Shown piece after piece: positions 43,056 to 55,289 of a stretch of DNA of 64,000 nt (position 1 is its first letter; every line of letters starts with the position of its first letter). A program made the position numbers and the translations under genes. The notes beneath the pieces are model-generated. The model saw nothing but the letters and a program-made list of their open reading frames with translations. It was not told where the DNA came from and ran no database searches. The DNA comes from Octopus vulgaris. Its lineage: Eukaryota. The stretch lies in contig OX597840.1 in the NCBI GenBank assembly GCA_951406725.2, positions 3,720,001-3,784,000 on the forward strand, written 5' to 3'.

Positions 43056-43224
43056 TTCATCATCATCTTCTATTCTACTTCTTCAGCTTTTTCTCTTCCT
43101 CCTCCTTCTTCATCTTCTTCTTCTTCTCATCCTCTCCTTCTTCCTTCTTTTCTTCTTCTCCTCCTGTTCCTTCCCCTCTATTGTCTTAAATACTTTTGCG
43201 CCCCTTATAGCAAATAGTAAAAAT

Positions 43225-43462
43225 TAACGTTTCTCCTCGAGTCATAAGGGCTAGTTTCCCTCTTTCCATGGCGTATCCATTCCCCACCTGGACGAGATCC
43301 TTGTCCATCCCAGGGTTACTCATTTTCGCCAGCTTTGTGGACTGGAGCAACGTGAAATGAAGTGTTTTGCTCAAGAACACAACGCGTAGCCCGGTCCAGG
43401 AACCGAAACCACAATCTCACAATCATGAGCCCAACACCCTAACCCCTAACCATGCGATTCCA
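43225..43462 (-). mobile_element. Chimeric SINE: B-type head/CORE with A-type tail
   Basis: CORE segment as in family B; tail GTCCAGGTGGGGAA..GGAAAC..GCCCTTATGA as at 1945-2000. Confidence 0.7.
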
Positions 43463-43490
43463 CCTTATAACGAATAAAGAAGGGATTACT

Positions 43491-43703
43491 GAGGTGGCGA
43501 ACGGGTCAAATCGTTAGCACGAAGGACAAAATGCTTAGCGGCGTTTCGTCCGTCTTTACGTTCAGAGTTCAAATATCACCGAGGTCTCCTTCATCCTTTC
43601 ATCTTTTCGGGGTCGATAAAATAAGTACCAGTTGAATACTGGGTCGATGTATCAGACTTACTTCCCCCCTTCCGAAATTGCTGGCCTTGCGCAAATATTT
43701 GAA
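43491..43703 (+). mobile_element. Degenerate SINE family D
   Basis: CGTTAGCACG..TTCAGAGTTCAAAT..TTCGGGGTCGATAAAATAAGTACCAG. Confidence 0.75.
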
Positions 43704-43723
43704 ATTATTATTATTATTATTAT

Positions 43724-43777
<54 letters not shown>

Positions 43778-43801
43778 CAGCAGCAGCGGCAGTGTTAGTA
43801 G

Positions 43802-43981
43802 TACAGTAACCCCTCGACAATCGTGGGTGTTACGTTCCAAAACCTCCCGCGATAGGCGAACCGTGACATACGAACCGCGATAGTCGAACCGCGATAGGCG
43901 AACCGCGATAGGCAAACCGTGATAGACAAACCGCGATAGGCGAATCGCGATATGGTGAGGTATTGCTAAAATAGTACTGTA
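43802..43981. mobile_element. Tigger/pogo-like MITE with internal 14-bp tandem array
   Basis: TACAGTA...TACTGTA ends; about 8 copies of CCGCGATAGGCGAA. Confidence 0.6.
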
Positions 43982-44055
43982 ATGCACTCTTCGTTTGTTG
44001 CCCCCATGGCAAATAAAAGAAATTATTATTATTACTATTATTATTATTATTATTA

Positions 44056-44086
<31 letters not shown>

Positions 44087-44514
44087 CATTATTATCATCA
44101 TCATCATCATCATCATAATTATTGTGTTTCTTCTTTTGTAGTCTTTCCCAGGTTTCTTAATGTTTTAATTTATTTCTTGTTTTCTTTCTTTTGTGTCATA
44201 CTTTATTTTTTTTCCTTCATGTTAAGATTTTCGCTTTCTTCTTCAGCCTCCATCTTCATTCCTCTCTCTCATCCCGTACGTTATTCTCCACCAACGCCTC
44301 CTTCTCCTCTTCCTCCTCATCCTCCTCCTCCACACCCACCCACCTCCACACACCCTATCCTAAACCCACCACCACCACCACCACCGCCACCACCGCCGCC
44401 ACCGCCGCCATCACATAAAAACATTCTTTCATCATAATTTTCTTTCTCATCTTTGCATTCAGCCCTGCTGTTGCATCAACTGTCATTGATTCCATATCAT
44501 AACTCTCTCTCTCT

Positions 44515-44515
44515 C

Positions 44516-44555
<40 letters not shown>

Positions 44556-44890
44556 CCACACATACACACACACACATACACACACATACACACACAGACA
44601 TACACACACACACACACACACATGCACAGACACACATACACACACATACACACACAGACATACACACACACACACACACATATGCACAGACACACATACA
44701 CACACATATACACACACACATACACACACATATACACACAGACATACACACACATACACACACAGACATACACACACACACACATGCACAGACACACATA
44801 CACACACATATACACACACACATACACACACATACACACACAGACATACACACACATACACACACATATACACACACATATACACACACA

Positions 44891-44935
<45 letters not shown>

Positions 44936-45476
44936 ACACATACACACCCAGACTCTCTCTCTCCTCTTCTCTGTCTCCCTCAGTTTTTCTCTCCCTCTAT
45001 CTTTCCCTCATTCTATCCCTCTCTGCCTCTCTCTCTCTTTCCCTTTATCTATCTCTCTCTCTCTCTCTTCCTACCTCCATCTCCCTCCCATCCCATTCTC
45101 GACCCCATCTTTAAACCCTTCTCTTTCTATTCTCTCATATTTTTCTTCACCCTTTCTCTCCCCCGCTCTCTTTCTCTCTGTCTCTTTCTATACATATTCT
45201 TTTTCTCTTTCGGTTTTCTTCTCACTATCTCTCTATTTTCCCCTCTCTCTTTCTCTCTCTCTGTTTTCCTTCACTCTTTCCTTTTCCATCTCGCCTATCT
45301 CTCTCCCTCCCTCCCTCCCTCTCTTTCTTTCTCTCTCTGTCATTTCAAAATTTGTTCTCTCTCTAATCCAATCTTTCTCTTTGCCTCTCTCTCTCTCTCT
45401 TTCTCCTTTTCTTTCTCCCTCTATTATCCCCCCTCTCTGTCTTTCTCTACCCCCATTCTATTTATTGTCATGTCTC

Positions 45477-45540
<64 letters not shown>

Positions 45541-46069
45541 CGGTCTTATCTTATCTCTCTGTCTCTCTATTTCTCTCTCTCTCTCTCTGTCTCTTACTGA
45601 TCTCTCCTATCAAATCTCTCTCTGTTTCCCTCCCTCTTATCCAGTCTCTTTCTCTCTCTCCCTCTCTCTCTTCCTCTCTCTCTTTCATTTCAATTTGCTC
45701 TCTAACCCATACTATGATTTTCACTTTCTCTCTCTGTCCTACGCTATTTCTAATGGTCTCCCTCTATAAGTTTCTCACTCTCTCTTTCTCTCTTTCTCAT
45801 CCTATCTCTCTGTTTCTCTCATTGTCTCTTTTATACTCTCTCTATCTCTGTCACACTTAATCTCACTCTCTCTCTTTCTCTCTTTCTTTCTCTCTCTCTC
45901 TCTTCTTTCCCTCTCTCTCTCTCTCTCTCTCTCTTACACTATTTCCCTATTTCTCTCATTGTCTCTTTTATCTGCTCTCTATCTCTCTCACACTTATTTT
46001 CTCTTTCTCTCTCTCTCTCTATCTATCTATCTCTCGCCCTTATTCTCCCTATCTCTCTTTGACACTGAC

Positions 46070-46151
<82 letters not shown>

Positions 46152-46170
46152 ACGCTCACACACATCCTCA
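44515..46170. repeat. CA-derived minisatellite followed by a long CT-rich low-complexity tract
   Basis: Seen directly. Confidence 0.9.
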
Positions 46171-46359
46171 TCATTATTCCTTTCATCCTCCCCGCTACGC
46201 CCACCGCACCCACCTACATATAAAACATTAAAAAAAAACATATTTGGCGAGGGGAGGGGTTTGAAGAATCGAAACACGGCATCTTCGAGAAATAAAAGCA
46301 ATCTGCTTCACAGATAACAAGATTTGCATGCACGCACGCACACACGAACGCACGCAAAG

Positions 46360-47340
46360 CACGCATGCACACACACACACATACACACACATGTGGGTAC
46401 ACAATGACATACACATACACGAGGGTACACGAAGACATACATACACATACGCGCACGCACACTCACACATACACACACAAACATAAACACATACGTGGGT
46501 TTTCAAAAATATACATATACACATACACACACACACACAGACGTGAGTACAGAGACATATACATACATACACACACGTATACACACGCGTACGTAAACAC
46601 ACGTGGTACACAGAGACATACATATACACACATGCACACACACACACGTGAGTACACAGACATATACATACATACACACACACACACATACGTAATCACA
46701 AGTGGGTACACAAAGACATACATATACACATACGCGCACATACACACATATACACACACATCGGTACACAAAGGCATACATATACACATATGCACGCACC
46801 CCAACACACACATACACACACATGTAGGAACACAGACATACATATACACATACACACGCACACAAACACACACACACACACACGTGGGTACACAAAGACA
46901 TACATATACATATATGCACGCACACAAGTATACACACACACGTAGGTACACAGCTATACCAATACACATACGCGCATACACACACATACATACACACACA
47001 CACGTAGGCACACAGACATACATATACACATACACACGCACACACATACACACACACATGGGTACAAAAAGACATACATATACACATATGTACGTACACA
47101 CACACGATACACAAAAACATACATAAACACATACGCACACACGGGTATGCAAAGACGTACATATACACATACACACATACATGCATACACACACGCATAC
47201 ATACACGCACATGCACAAACCCATATACACGGATCCAACCACACATATACATATGTATGTACGCTCATACATACACATACACAAATACATATGCACACAT
47301 ACACACTACCTACACACATGCTCATACACATACACACACA
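46360..47340. repeat. ~60-bp CA-derived minisatellite
   Basis: ACACGTGGGTACACAGAGACATACATATACAC-like motif repeated more than 12 times. Confidence 0.85.
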
Positions 47341-47430
47341 TGCATAATATTGGTTTAAAATTTCGGCACGAGGCCCGCAACTAAGGGTAAAATGTTCAAT
47401 CAATTATATTGGCACACGCACTCATATTGT

Positions 47431-47546
47431 GGAAGCGCGTGGCTTAGTGGTTAGAGTGTTGGACTAATGATCGTAAGACTGTGGTTTCGGTTCCTGGACC
47501 GGACGACGCGTTGTGCTCTTGAGCAAAACACTTCATTTTACGTTGC
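47431..47546 (+). mobile_element. Truncated SINE family B head plus CORE
   Basis: TGGCTTAGTGGTTAGAG..CTTGAGCAAAACACTT. Confidence 0.75.
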
Positions 47547-47684
47547 GCGCGTGTTGTGTGTGCTGGGGGGAGGGCGTATGGGTCTATGTATAAGTATGTA
47601 TATTAATTAGTAATATTTAAAGAAGATACAAATCTAATATACATCTACCTTCATACATACACGTAAATATATATACATATATTC

Positions 47685-47760
<76 letters not shown>

Positions 47761-47953
47761 GCTTATATATATGTATACGTAGATAGTATGTTTCTTTTTT
47801 TATTTATACGCGAAATTTACCGCGGGATAGCGTCCAGGGAAAACTCCCTACTCGACGCTGAGTTTCATAAAAGGAGTATTCCCTTGACGCTATCACGCAG
47901 CAAATCTGGCTTTTAAACAAAACGTAACTTATCTTCTATGTGCATACGACTGG

Positions 47954-48043
<90 letters not shown>

Positions 48044-48077
48044 TGGTAAAAAGCGCGTCGTGTATCTTCTGTTTCTT

Positions 48078-48183
48078 TAAGTGTTTTCGCTCGATAAACA
48101 CACACAACGCCCGGTCTGGGAATCGAAACCGCGATCCTCCGACCGCGAGTTTGCTGCCCTAACCACTGGACCATTGCACCTCC
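48078..48183 (-). mobile_element. SINE family A head fragment
   Basis: Reverse complement of the head at 28805. Confidence 0.8.
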
Positions 48184-48514
48184 ATTAACATATTTATAAC
48201 TACATTTAAGATACTGCAATTTTCTGCAATACATAGTGTACATCAATTACATCATTTACCATTTATATATGGCAATTATATATGGCTTGGCTTTTTCGAT
48301 AATATTCTGTTTTATAGTAACACTTTTGTCTCAAGTGACTGTCTTTTTGTTTCCATATATATTAAAACAAAAGAGTAAAGCAGTCTTTTTTTCTTCCAGA
48401 AAATAATGAATTATATTCAGTCATCATCTACCGCTCTAATACATACACATATAAACACAAATACACACACAATCACGCATATACAGAAACAACTATGCAT
48501 ACACAAACACACGG

Positions 48515-49020
48515 TAGGTTTGCTACATGGAAACTGGAAGAATCTCGTCGTATGAGTATGCTTGTGTATGTATCGGTATGTTTGTGAGATTGTGAGTGTG
48601 TTTCTTTATGTGTGTATCTTTGTGTTTGTGTCCAGCGCACCAACCACCGCATGATAACCGGTGTTGGTTTCTTTACGTCCCCGTAACTTAACGTGATTTA
48701 ACAAATCCATGTGAATGGGTTTGGTAGATGGAAACTGAAAGAAGCTCGTCGTATGTATATGCGTATGTGGTAGGGAGGCTTTTGTGACTGTATTGCCCGC
48801 CCCCGTCATCGCTTGTCAACTGGTGTTGATGTGTTTACGTCCCCGTAATATAGCGGTTCGGCAAAAGAGACCGATAGAATACGAAGCTTACAAAAAATGA
48901 GTTTGATAAAATACTAGGCTTACAAAGAATAAGTCCTGGGGGCGATTTGTTCGACTAAAACCCTTCAAGGCGGAGCTCCAGCATGGCCGCAGTCAAATGA
49001 CTGAATCAAGTAAAAGTGTA
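48515..49020 (+). mobile_element. Degenerate SINE family C with internal duplication
   Basis: GGAAACTG..AAGAA..CGTCGTAT and TTTACGTCCCCGTAA each occur twice; C-type tail. Confidence 0.7.
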
Positions 49021-49047
49021 ACAGAATAATAGAATATATATATATTT

Positions 49048-49384
49048 GAAGGCGCATGGTTCAGTGGTCAGAGCGTAGAGCTTACAATCGTGAGGTTGTG
49101 AGTTCGATTCCCGGACCGGGCTGCGTGCTGTGTTCTTGAGCAAGACACTTTATTTCACGTTGCTCCAGTTCACTCAGCTGTAGAAATGAGTTGCGACGTC
49201 ACAGGTGCCAAGCTGTATCGGCCCTGTGCCTTTCCCTTGGATAACACTGGTAACGTAGAGGGGAGGCTACTATGCATAGGCGACTGCTGGTCTTCCATAA
49301 ACAACCTTGTTTGGACTTGTACCTGGGAGGGTAACTTTCTAGGTGCAATCCCATGGCTTGTGTTGCGACCGAACGGGTCTCAGC
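49048..49384 (+). mobile_element. CORE-type SINE family B, full length
   Basis: A box TGGTTCAGTGG, B box GTTCGATTCCC, CORE segment. Confidence 0.88.
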
Positions 49385-49475
49385 ATATTTGCGTATGTGT
49401 GAGTGTATGCATGTATATAGTCTTTTACACTTTTATGCTTAAATTTATTTGTCACATATATACAAATAGAAAAAA

Positions 49476-49706
49476 AGGCGGCGAGCTGGCAGAATCGTTA
49501 GCACGCCGGGCGAAATGCGTAGCCGTATTTCGTCTGCCGTTACGTTCTGGGTTCAAATTCCGCCGAGGTCGACTTTGCCTTTCATCCTTTCGGGGCCGAT
49601 AAATTAAGTACCAGTTACGCACTGATGTCGATATAATCGACTTAATCCGTGTGTCTGTCCTTGTTTGTCCCCTCTGTATTTAGCCCCTTGTGGGTTGTAA
49701 AGAAAT
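49476..49706 (+). mobile_element. SINE family D monomer with 17-bp TSD
   Basis: ATATATACAAATAGAAA at 49456-49472 and 49707-49723. Confidence 0.9.
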
Positions 49707-50303
49707 ATATATACAAATAGAAATACCTAAGCCATGCTTTACTTAGCCAAGGACGGATGCGCGCACGTTTCTGAAGATAGCATATTTGGCAAAGTCAACT
49801 TTCAGTTTCCTCTTCATCAGCGGATGGCCGAAGAGTTGGCAGTCAAAGCCAAATAGACTAGGATGATCGGACCGTTATAAAAAAAGATACATGCCCTAGC
49901 TTGGCCACGGCTCGTGAGCTGAAACTAGTTCAATTCAATTCACGTGTGTCTTTGTGTATGTGTGTGTCTATGTATGAGTGTGTATGTGTGTGTCTGTGTA
50001 CCGAAAGAACTGTTATTCAGACACGAATAGTCTATGTTGTAAATATCATTAGTACAAGAGGCGGAATCGTTAAACAGTGACAGAAAAACCACTTAAAATG
50101 TATTTATGTGAGGACTTTGACAAGGTTAATGCTAAAATATAACTTTTAGCGAAAAGAAATATTTCCTCTCCCTATTTCTCCTTTTATCAACGTCTTTTCT
50201 TTATGGGTCTACTCTCTGCTTTATATTAGTATTATTTCACAAACACTGAGAGACGAATCGTCTTCTTCCACCAGCCTTTCTTTCGGTTTGCGTACGCATT
50301 CAT

Positions 50304-50405
<102 letters not shown>

Positions 50406-50432
50406 ATATATATGTGTGTGTGTGTGTGTGTG

Positions 50433-50547
<115 letters not shown>

Positions 50548-50619
50548 AGGTGGTGCTATTAAGTTAGACATGGCCTGGGCCAATAATGGCCGAAACCTAT
50601 CAAAGTATCAAAGTATATA

Positions 50620-50658
<39 letters not shown>

Positions 50659-50756
50659 TGTTTTAATACAGTTTTATATTTAAGAGATGATGTATTATTT
50701 ACATTATTTACATTATTTACTTTTGACGGATATTTGTTCTCATCTTGTTTGTTGTT

Positions 50757-50802
50757 AACACAACGTTTCGGCTGATGTACCCTCCAGCCTTCATCAGGTG
50801 TC
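50757..50802 (-). ncRNA. Minimal type-I hammerhead ribozyme, canonical core
   Basis: GACAC CUGAUGA A GGCUG-GAGGGUACAU-CAGCC GAA ACGU U GUGUU: 5-bp stem I, 5-bp stem II, palindromic ACGU stem III. Confidence 0.8.
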
Positions 50803-51083
50803 TCGGAGAAATTTTGAACCCGGGTTCTCATTGTGACTAACGCTAACACTAACTGATAGTGTGGCCGGTAACGTGATCGCGTAATACATACATACATACA
50901 TACATACATACATACATACATACATACATACATACATACATACATACATGAAGGAGCCTTGGATCTAGGTTAGAAACCGGCTCTTTCATTATTGGCAAGA
51001 AATCTTAAAATAAAACTGAACACATACATACGTACATGGATGGATAGTAAGGGAAACCGACAAAAAAGGGGGAGACAGGTAGG

Positions 51084-51174
<91 letters not shown>

Positions 51175-52074
51175 GGAGAGAGAGAGAGAGAGAGGTTTGA
51201 GCCCTCACATGAGAAGTACCTCAACGGAAGCAAAGCTGAACAGACTGCTAAACACGGACATAAAATATTCAATGATTTTCTTCCAAAAGATTCTATCTAA
51301 AAAAATTGCACATCCTCACAGCCCCTATTTGTGATAAGATGCACGTGGTTATTTAAATCTGCGACTGTCAGGACTGCTTTCTGTATTTTTGTAGTCGTTA
51401 AATAAATAATAACTTCCATTTTTATCAGACAAAGTTACTTACACATGAAGTTTGTGCATTCTTAGGAAGCCCTTGTGGCTATCATCAGACGGCAGCGATA
51501 TAAACAGACGATAAAAATCTTGTGCGTGCGTGATTTGGGGCTCATATGTATGTGATTAAGTGTTTGTATGTGTATGTGTGTGAGTCTGAGTGTAAGTCAG
51601 AGTGTGGGCGGGGTTTTGGGCGTCATAATTTAGCTTTGCAACCACGTGGTATTAGGTTCAGTCCCAGCCCGTGTGCAAGAGCTTTTCGTGCTTTAGCCCT
51701 GGGCACACTAATCCTGCGGGACTGAAAGTGGGTTTTTTACAGTGAAGGAGGACGAGGATTTTAGTTTTCTTGATTTCGTTCCTACTCGTTCCATTTTTTG
51801 TATGACCCTTCTTCACGATTTTTCCTTTTTTTTTTTTTTTTTGCTCTTATTTTCTCACTATCTGGTATCATTGTTTCTAAAAGTATATGTAACGCATAAA
51901 TAGACCCTTGAAAGATTGCTTGCAAAGACATGGCTTATTTTATAAAAGTGCCTAGCTAAAGTATCATAAAAGCATGAAACTTTTAATAGCTCTTTCGCTT
52001 GTGTATTAAATAGATATAATCTGTAAATTTCGTCATGTTGAACTGTTACTCCCTACACATTTTTCTCTCAGTTT

Positions 52075-52130
<56 letters not shown>

Positions 52131-52152
52131 CTCCATTGATTTTATATAAATC

Positions 52153-52188
52153 CTTTCTGTCGAAGAGCATAAGCTCGAAACGTCAAAG
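52153..52188 (+). ncRNA. Minimal HHR-like motif, family H2
   Basis: CUUU CUGUCGA A GAGC-AUAA-GCUC GAA ACGU C AAAG; perfect stems, GUC triplet; element ~52130-52285 ends at (TA)n. Confidence 0.7.
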
Positions 52189-52281
52189 ACTTTTCCATTT
52201 TTCCCGAGCGTCAAACTAATACACCTGCTTATTGTTTCCTCACCTACCTTCGTCTTTCGTTTTCTGTAAGATTGAACTTTC

Positions 52282-52334
<53 letters not shown>

Positions 52335-52335
<1 letters not shown>

Positions 52336-52527
52336 TGGGTTACAACATAATTATTGCGGAGTTTTTTTCAACAAATTTTATTCATCAAAAGCAATAACAA
52401 TATTTAAGAAAAAACATCTTTAAATGACGGTTTGACCGTCTGTCAAGCAAATGGGAAGCAGTAATTGAAATAGATGGTGAATAAAATTTGTTTAAAAAAA
52501 ACCCGCAATAATTATGCACCAACCCCA
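52335..52527. mobile_element. Mariner-derived MITE with Hsmar1/MADE1-like TIRs
   Basis: TIR ~TGGGGTTGGTGCATAATTATTGCGG; internal DRLSSKWEAVIEIDGE resembles a mariner transposase C-terminus. Confidence 0.75.
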
Positions 52528-52847
52528 TATGCCCATACATACATACATACATGCATATATACGTGTATGTGTGTGAGTGTTATATATAACCAAATTTAAC
52601 TTTAGACATTCATTCATTCAAATGAGAGCGACGTCACTGAATAAGTAATTTACTTTATAAAAATAAAATATAAAAAATGCCATACTAATTCCTTATTTTT
52701 TCACAATTTGAAATCTACATAGAAGAAAAAAAAACAAAACATGACGTTAAAAAATTAGTTTATTGGTGTGTCTCTCTGTATATACGCATAATGCATATAT
52801 TTGTAGGTGTATATCTATATTTATTTTATTTCTTTTCTTTTATCTAG

Positions 52848-52913
52848 GCAATATCAAGAAACAGTCAAGAAGATTTTTTAGAGAAATGTGGATCATACGG
52901 TCGATGTAAAGCG
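52848..52913 (+). CDS. Candidate 66-nt internal exon (AISRNSQEDFLEKCGSYGRCKA in phase 0); host gene unknown
   Basis: Long pyrimidine tract plus TAG acceptor, GCG|GTAAGT donor, length divisible by 3, only frame 0 open. Confidence 0.45.
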
Positions 52914-52986
52914 GTAAGTACCGAGTTCAATTCCACTCAGTTACTCTCGTATGTTATTAAAATGATATCATCTCTTGCAGCAGAAC

Positions 52987-53018
<32 letters not shown>

Positions 53019-53106
53019 GTACGTGTGTGAGTGTGTGTGTGTAACTAGTTAAGGACTAAACTCAGAATACACCATAAACTTTTATTCTATATGTGTATGA
53101 GTATGC

Positions 53107-53182
<76 letters not shown>

Positions 53183-53259
53183 AAAATAAATCAAAAGACA
53201 TTCTAATTAATTTTTCGAGAATTATTTTTTCTCGTGAATTGTTTGCACTTGTATCGAGA

Positions 53260-53321
<62 letters not shown>

Positions 53322-53669
53322 CCTTTTTCAAGTGTGTCTGATTACAAATCTTTCCTCCTCTACCTTGATCACCGACTAAAGAAACACCTTTTCACACTTC
53401 CTTTCCACTGCTTCCAACCTTCTATTAAGCTTTCCCTACTAATTTTCAAAAACACATGGTTCTCTAACCACGTTTCCTTTGTCAGTCACTGCCTCGCCAC
53501 CACCTCATTCCCAAAGGTCTCCGCCTCCATTTCCACCCCCACTTTCCACTCTGTTTCTGCCATTTACCCATACTCAGTACTACTTCCTACCGCCTTATGC
53601 GTTCCACTATTCGTTCCATAGTTTGCTTCCTACTACATTTATTCTCACTCTGTTGATTTCCTCGTGATC

Positions 53670-53705
53670 CTTTCTGTTGAAGAGCGTAGGCTCGAAACGT
53701 AAAAT
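53670..53705 (+). ncRNA. Minimal HHR-like motif, family H2
   Basis: CUUU CUGUUGA A GAGC-GUAG-GCUC GAA ACGU A AAA; inside a ~470-bp block (53320-53793) between microsatellites. Confidence 0.65.
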
Positions 53706-53813
53706 ACTTTCTCACCTTCCCGAGTCAAACTAATACACCTGCTTGTTGTTTATACACATGTCTTCGTCTTTTATTTTTCTGTAAATTTCAACTATACGCA
53801 CACACACACACAC

Positions 53814-53868
<55 letters not shown>

Positions 53869-54922
53869 CATACTCATACACTTATAGGATGACAAAAGTT
53901 GAAGGTGCATTCCGAGTTTTGTCGTTAACTGTTCACACACGCATATACTATATGCTGACAGTTGGGATTTAGCCAATCCATCCAGCGATGGAGTAGTCAC
54001 CACTGATGAGCTTTAATTTTAAGCGAAACTAGACTAGTATAGTGACCCTGCTCGCTGTGGGGCGGTTATCTCCCATTTCAGTACATAGATCTGTGCTTCT
54101 TTGCGGCTCTAAGGAGTTTCTTGCAATATACACCCTACACCATCAGTCACAATTAATGAGAACTGAATTTTTGCTTTTTGTTTTATATTGCGTATAGCCG
54201 CCTTTGTTATTTTCTATTTATGTGTGCGCGCGCATGTTTATGTTTATGTATGTATTTATGTATAGTAAAAGTTTTGATAAAATTATTTTCCACGTTATGA
54301 ATTATAGTAAAAAAATATAAAAATGTTGGACACTATGTATGTATATTTTTATGTAACAAAATATTTACATAGTCGACCGATTTCACTTGTGCTCATCATT
54401 ATCAAGAAGCATTAATGTTAAAATTGCATGCTATCGTAAGACGTTTTCTATATTAGTTATTGTTATAGGAATAAGCGAAACGGCAAATAAAAAAGCGAGA
54501 TACTTTCTCAAAAGTCGCCTGAGGAGACGAATCTGCACCTGAGGTGCATCACCAATGTCTATACAACATCTCACCGGCAAAGTGCCAGTGCATGTTGGGT
54601 TGAAACAATCCTAATGGTTCTGCATAAAGAGTCTCGCGAATTCCATTTTCTTTCTTTCATATTTTTTTGTATAAACTCAACGGACATAATGAATTCCTGA
54701 ATTCTAGTGGTATAAACATCCGTAGAGTCGATGACATCAGGTAGTCGAATACTGTGAACAGGCTTTGTGTGTACCCAAATATGAATTAATTATATATATG
54801 TGTGTGTGTGTGTAAGTGTGCGTGTGTATGTGTGTGTGTATGTGTGTGTGTGTGTGTGTGTGTATGTGTGTGTGTATGTGTGGAGGGTCAACAATCTTGT
54901 GTAGCTCTGAAAAAATATAGTA

Positions 54923-55108
54923 AAAAGTGAAAGGGGTATAGTGAACTGGCTGTGTGGAGTGGAATATCAAACGTTTCGAATTCACTCTTTCGTCAGAGGA
55001 TAGAAGAACAGAGATGTTCTCTTTTTCTCTACCTCTGATGAAGGATTAAATCCGAAACGTTGGATATTACACTCCTCACGGCAAGTTTACTCTACCCTTT
55101 TCACCTTT
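54923..55108. repeat. Diverged inverted repeat with an HHR motif in each arm (54966-55000 minus, 55031-55065 plus)
   Basis: CUGACGA..GAAACGUU and CUGAUGA A GGAU-UAA-AUCC GAA ACGU U. Confidence 0.75.
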
Positions 55109-55117
55109 ATGTATATG

Positions 55118-55178
<61 letters not shown>

Positions 55179-55222
55179 GTGTGTGTATGTATTTGTATGT
55201 ATGTATGAATATATATATATAT

Positions 55223-55261
<39 letters not shown>

Positions 55262-55289
55262 TAGATATGTATATATATATATATATATA

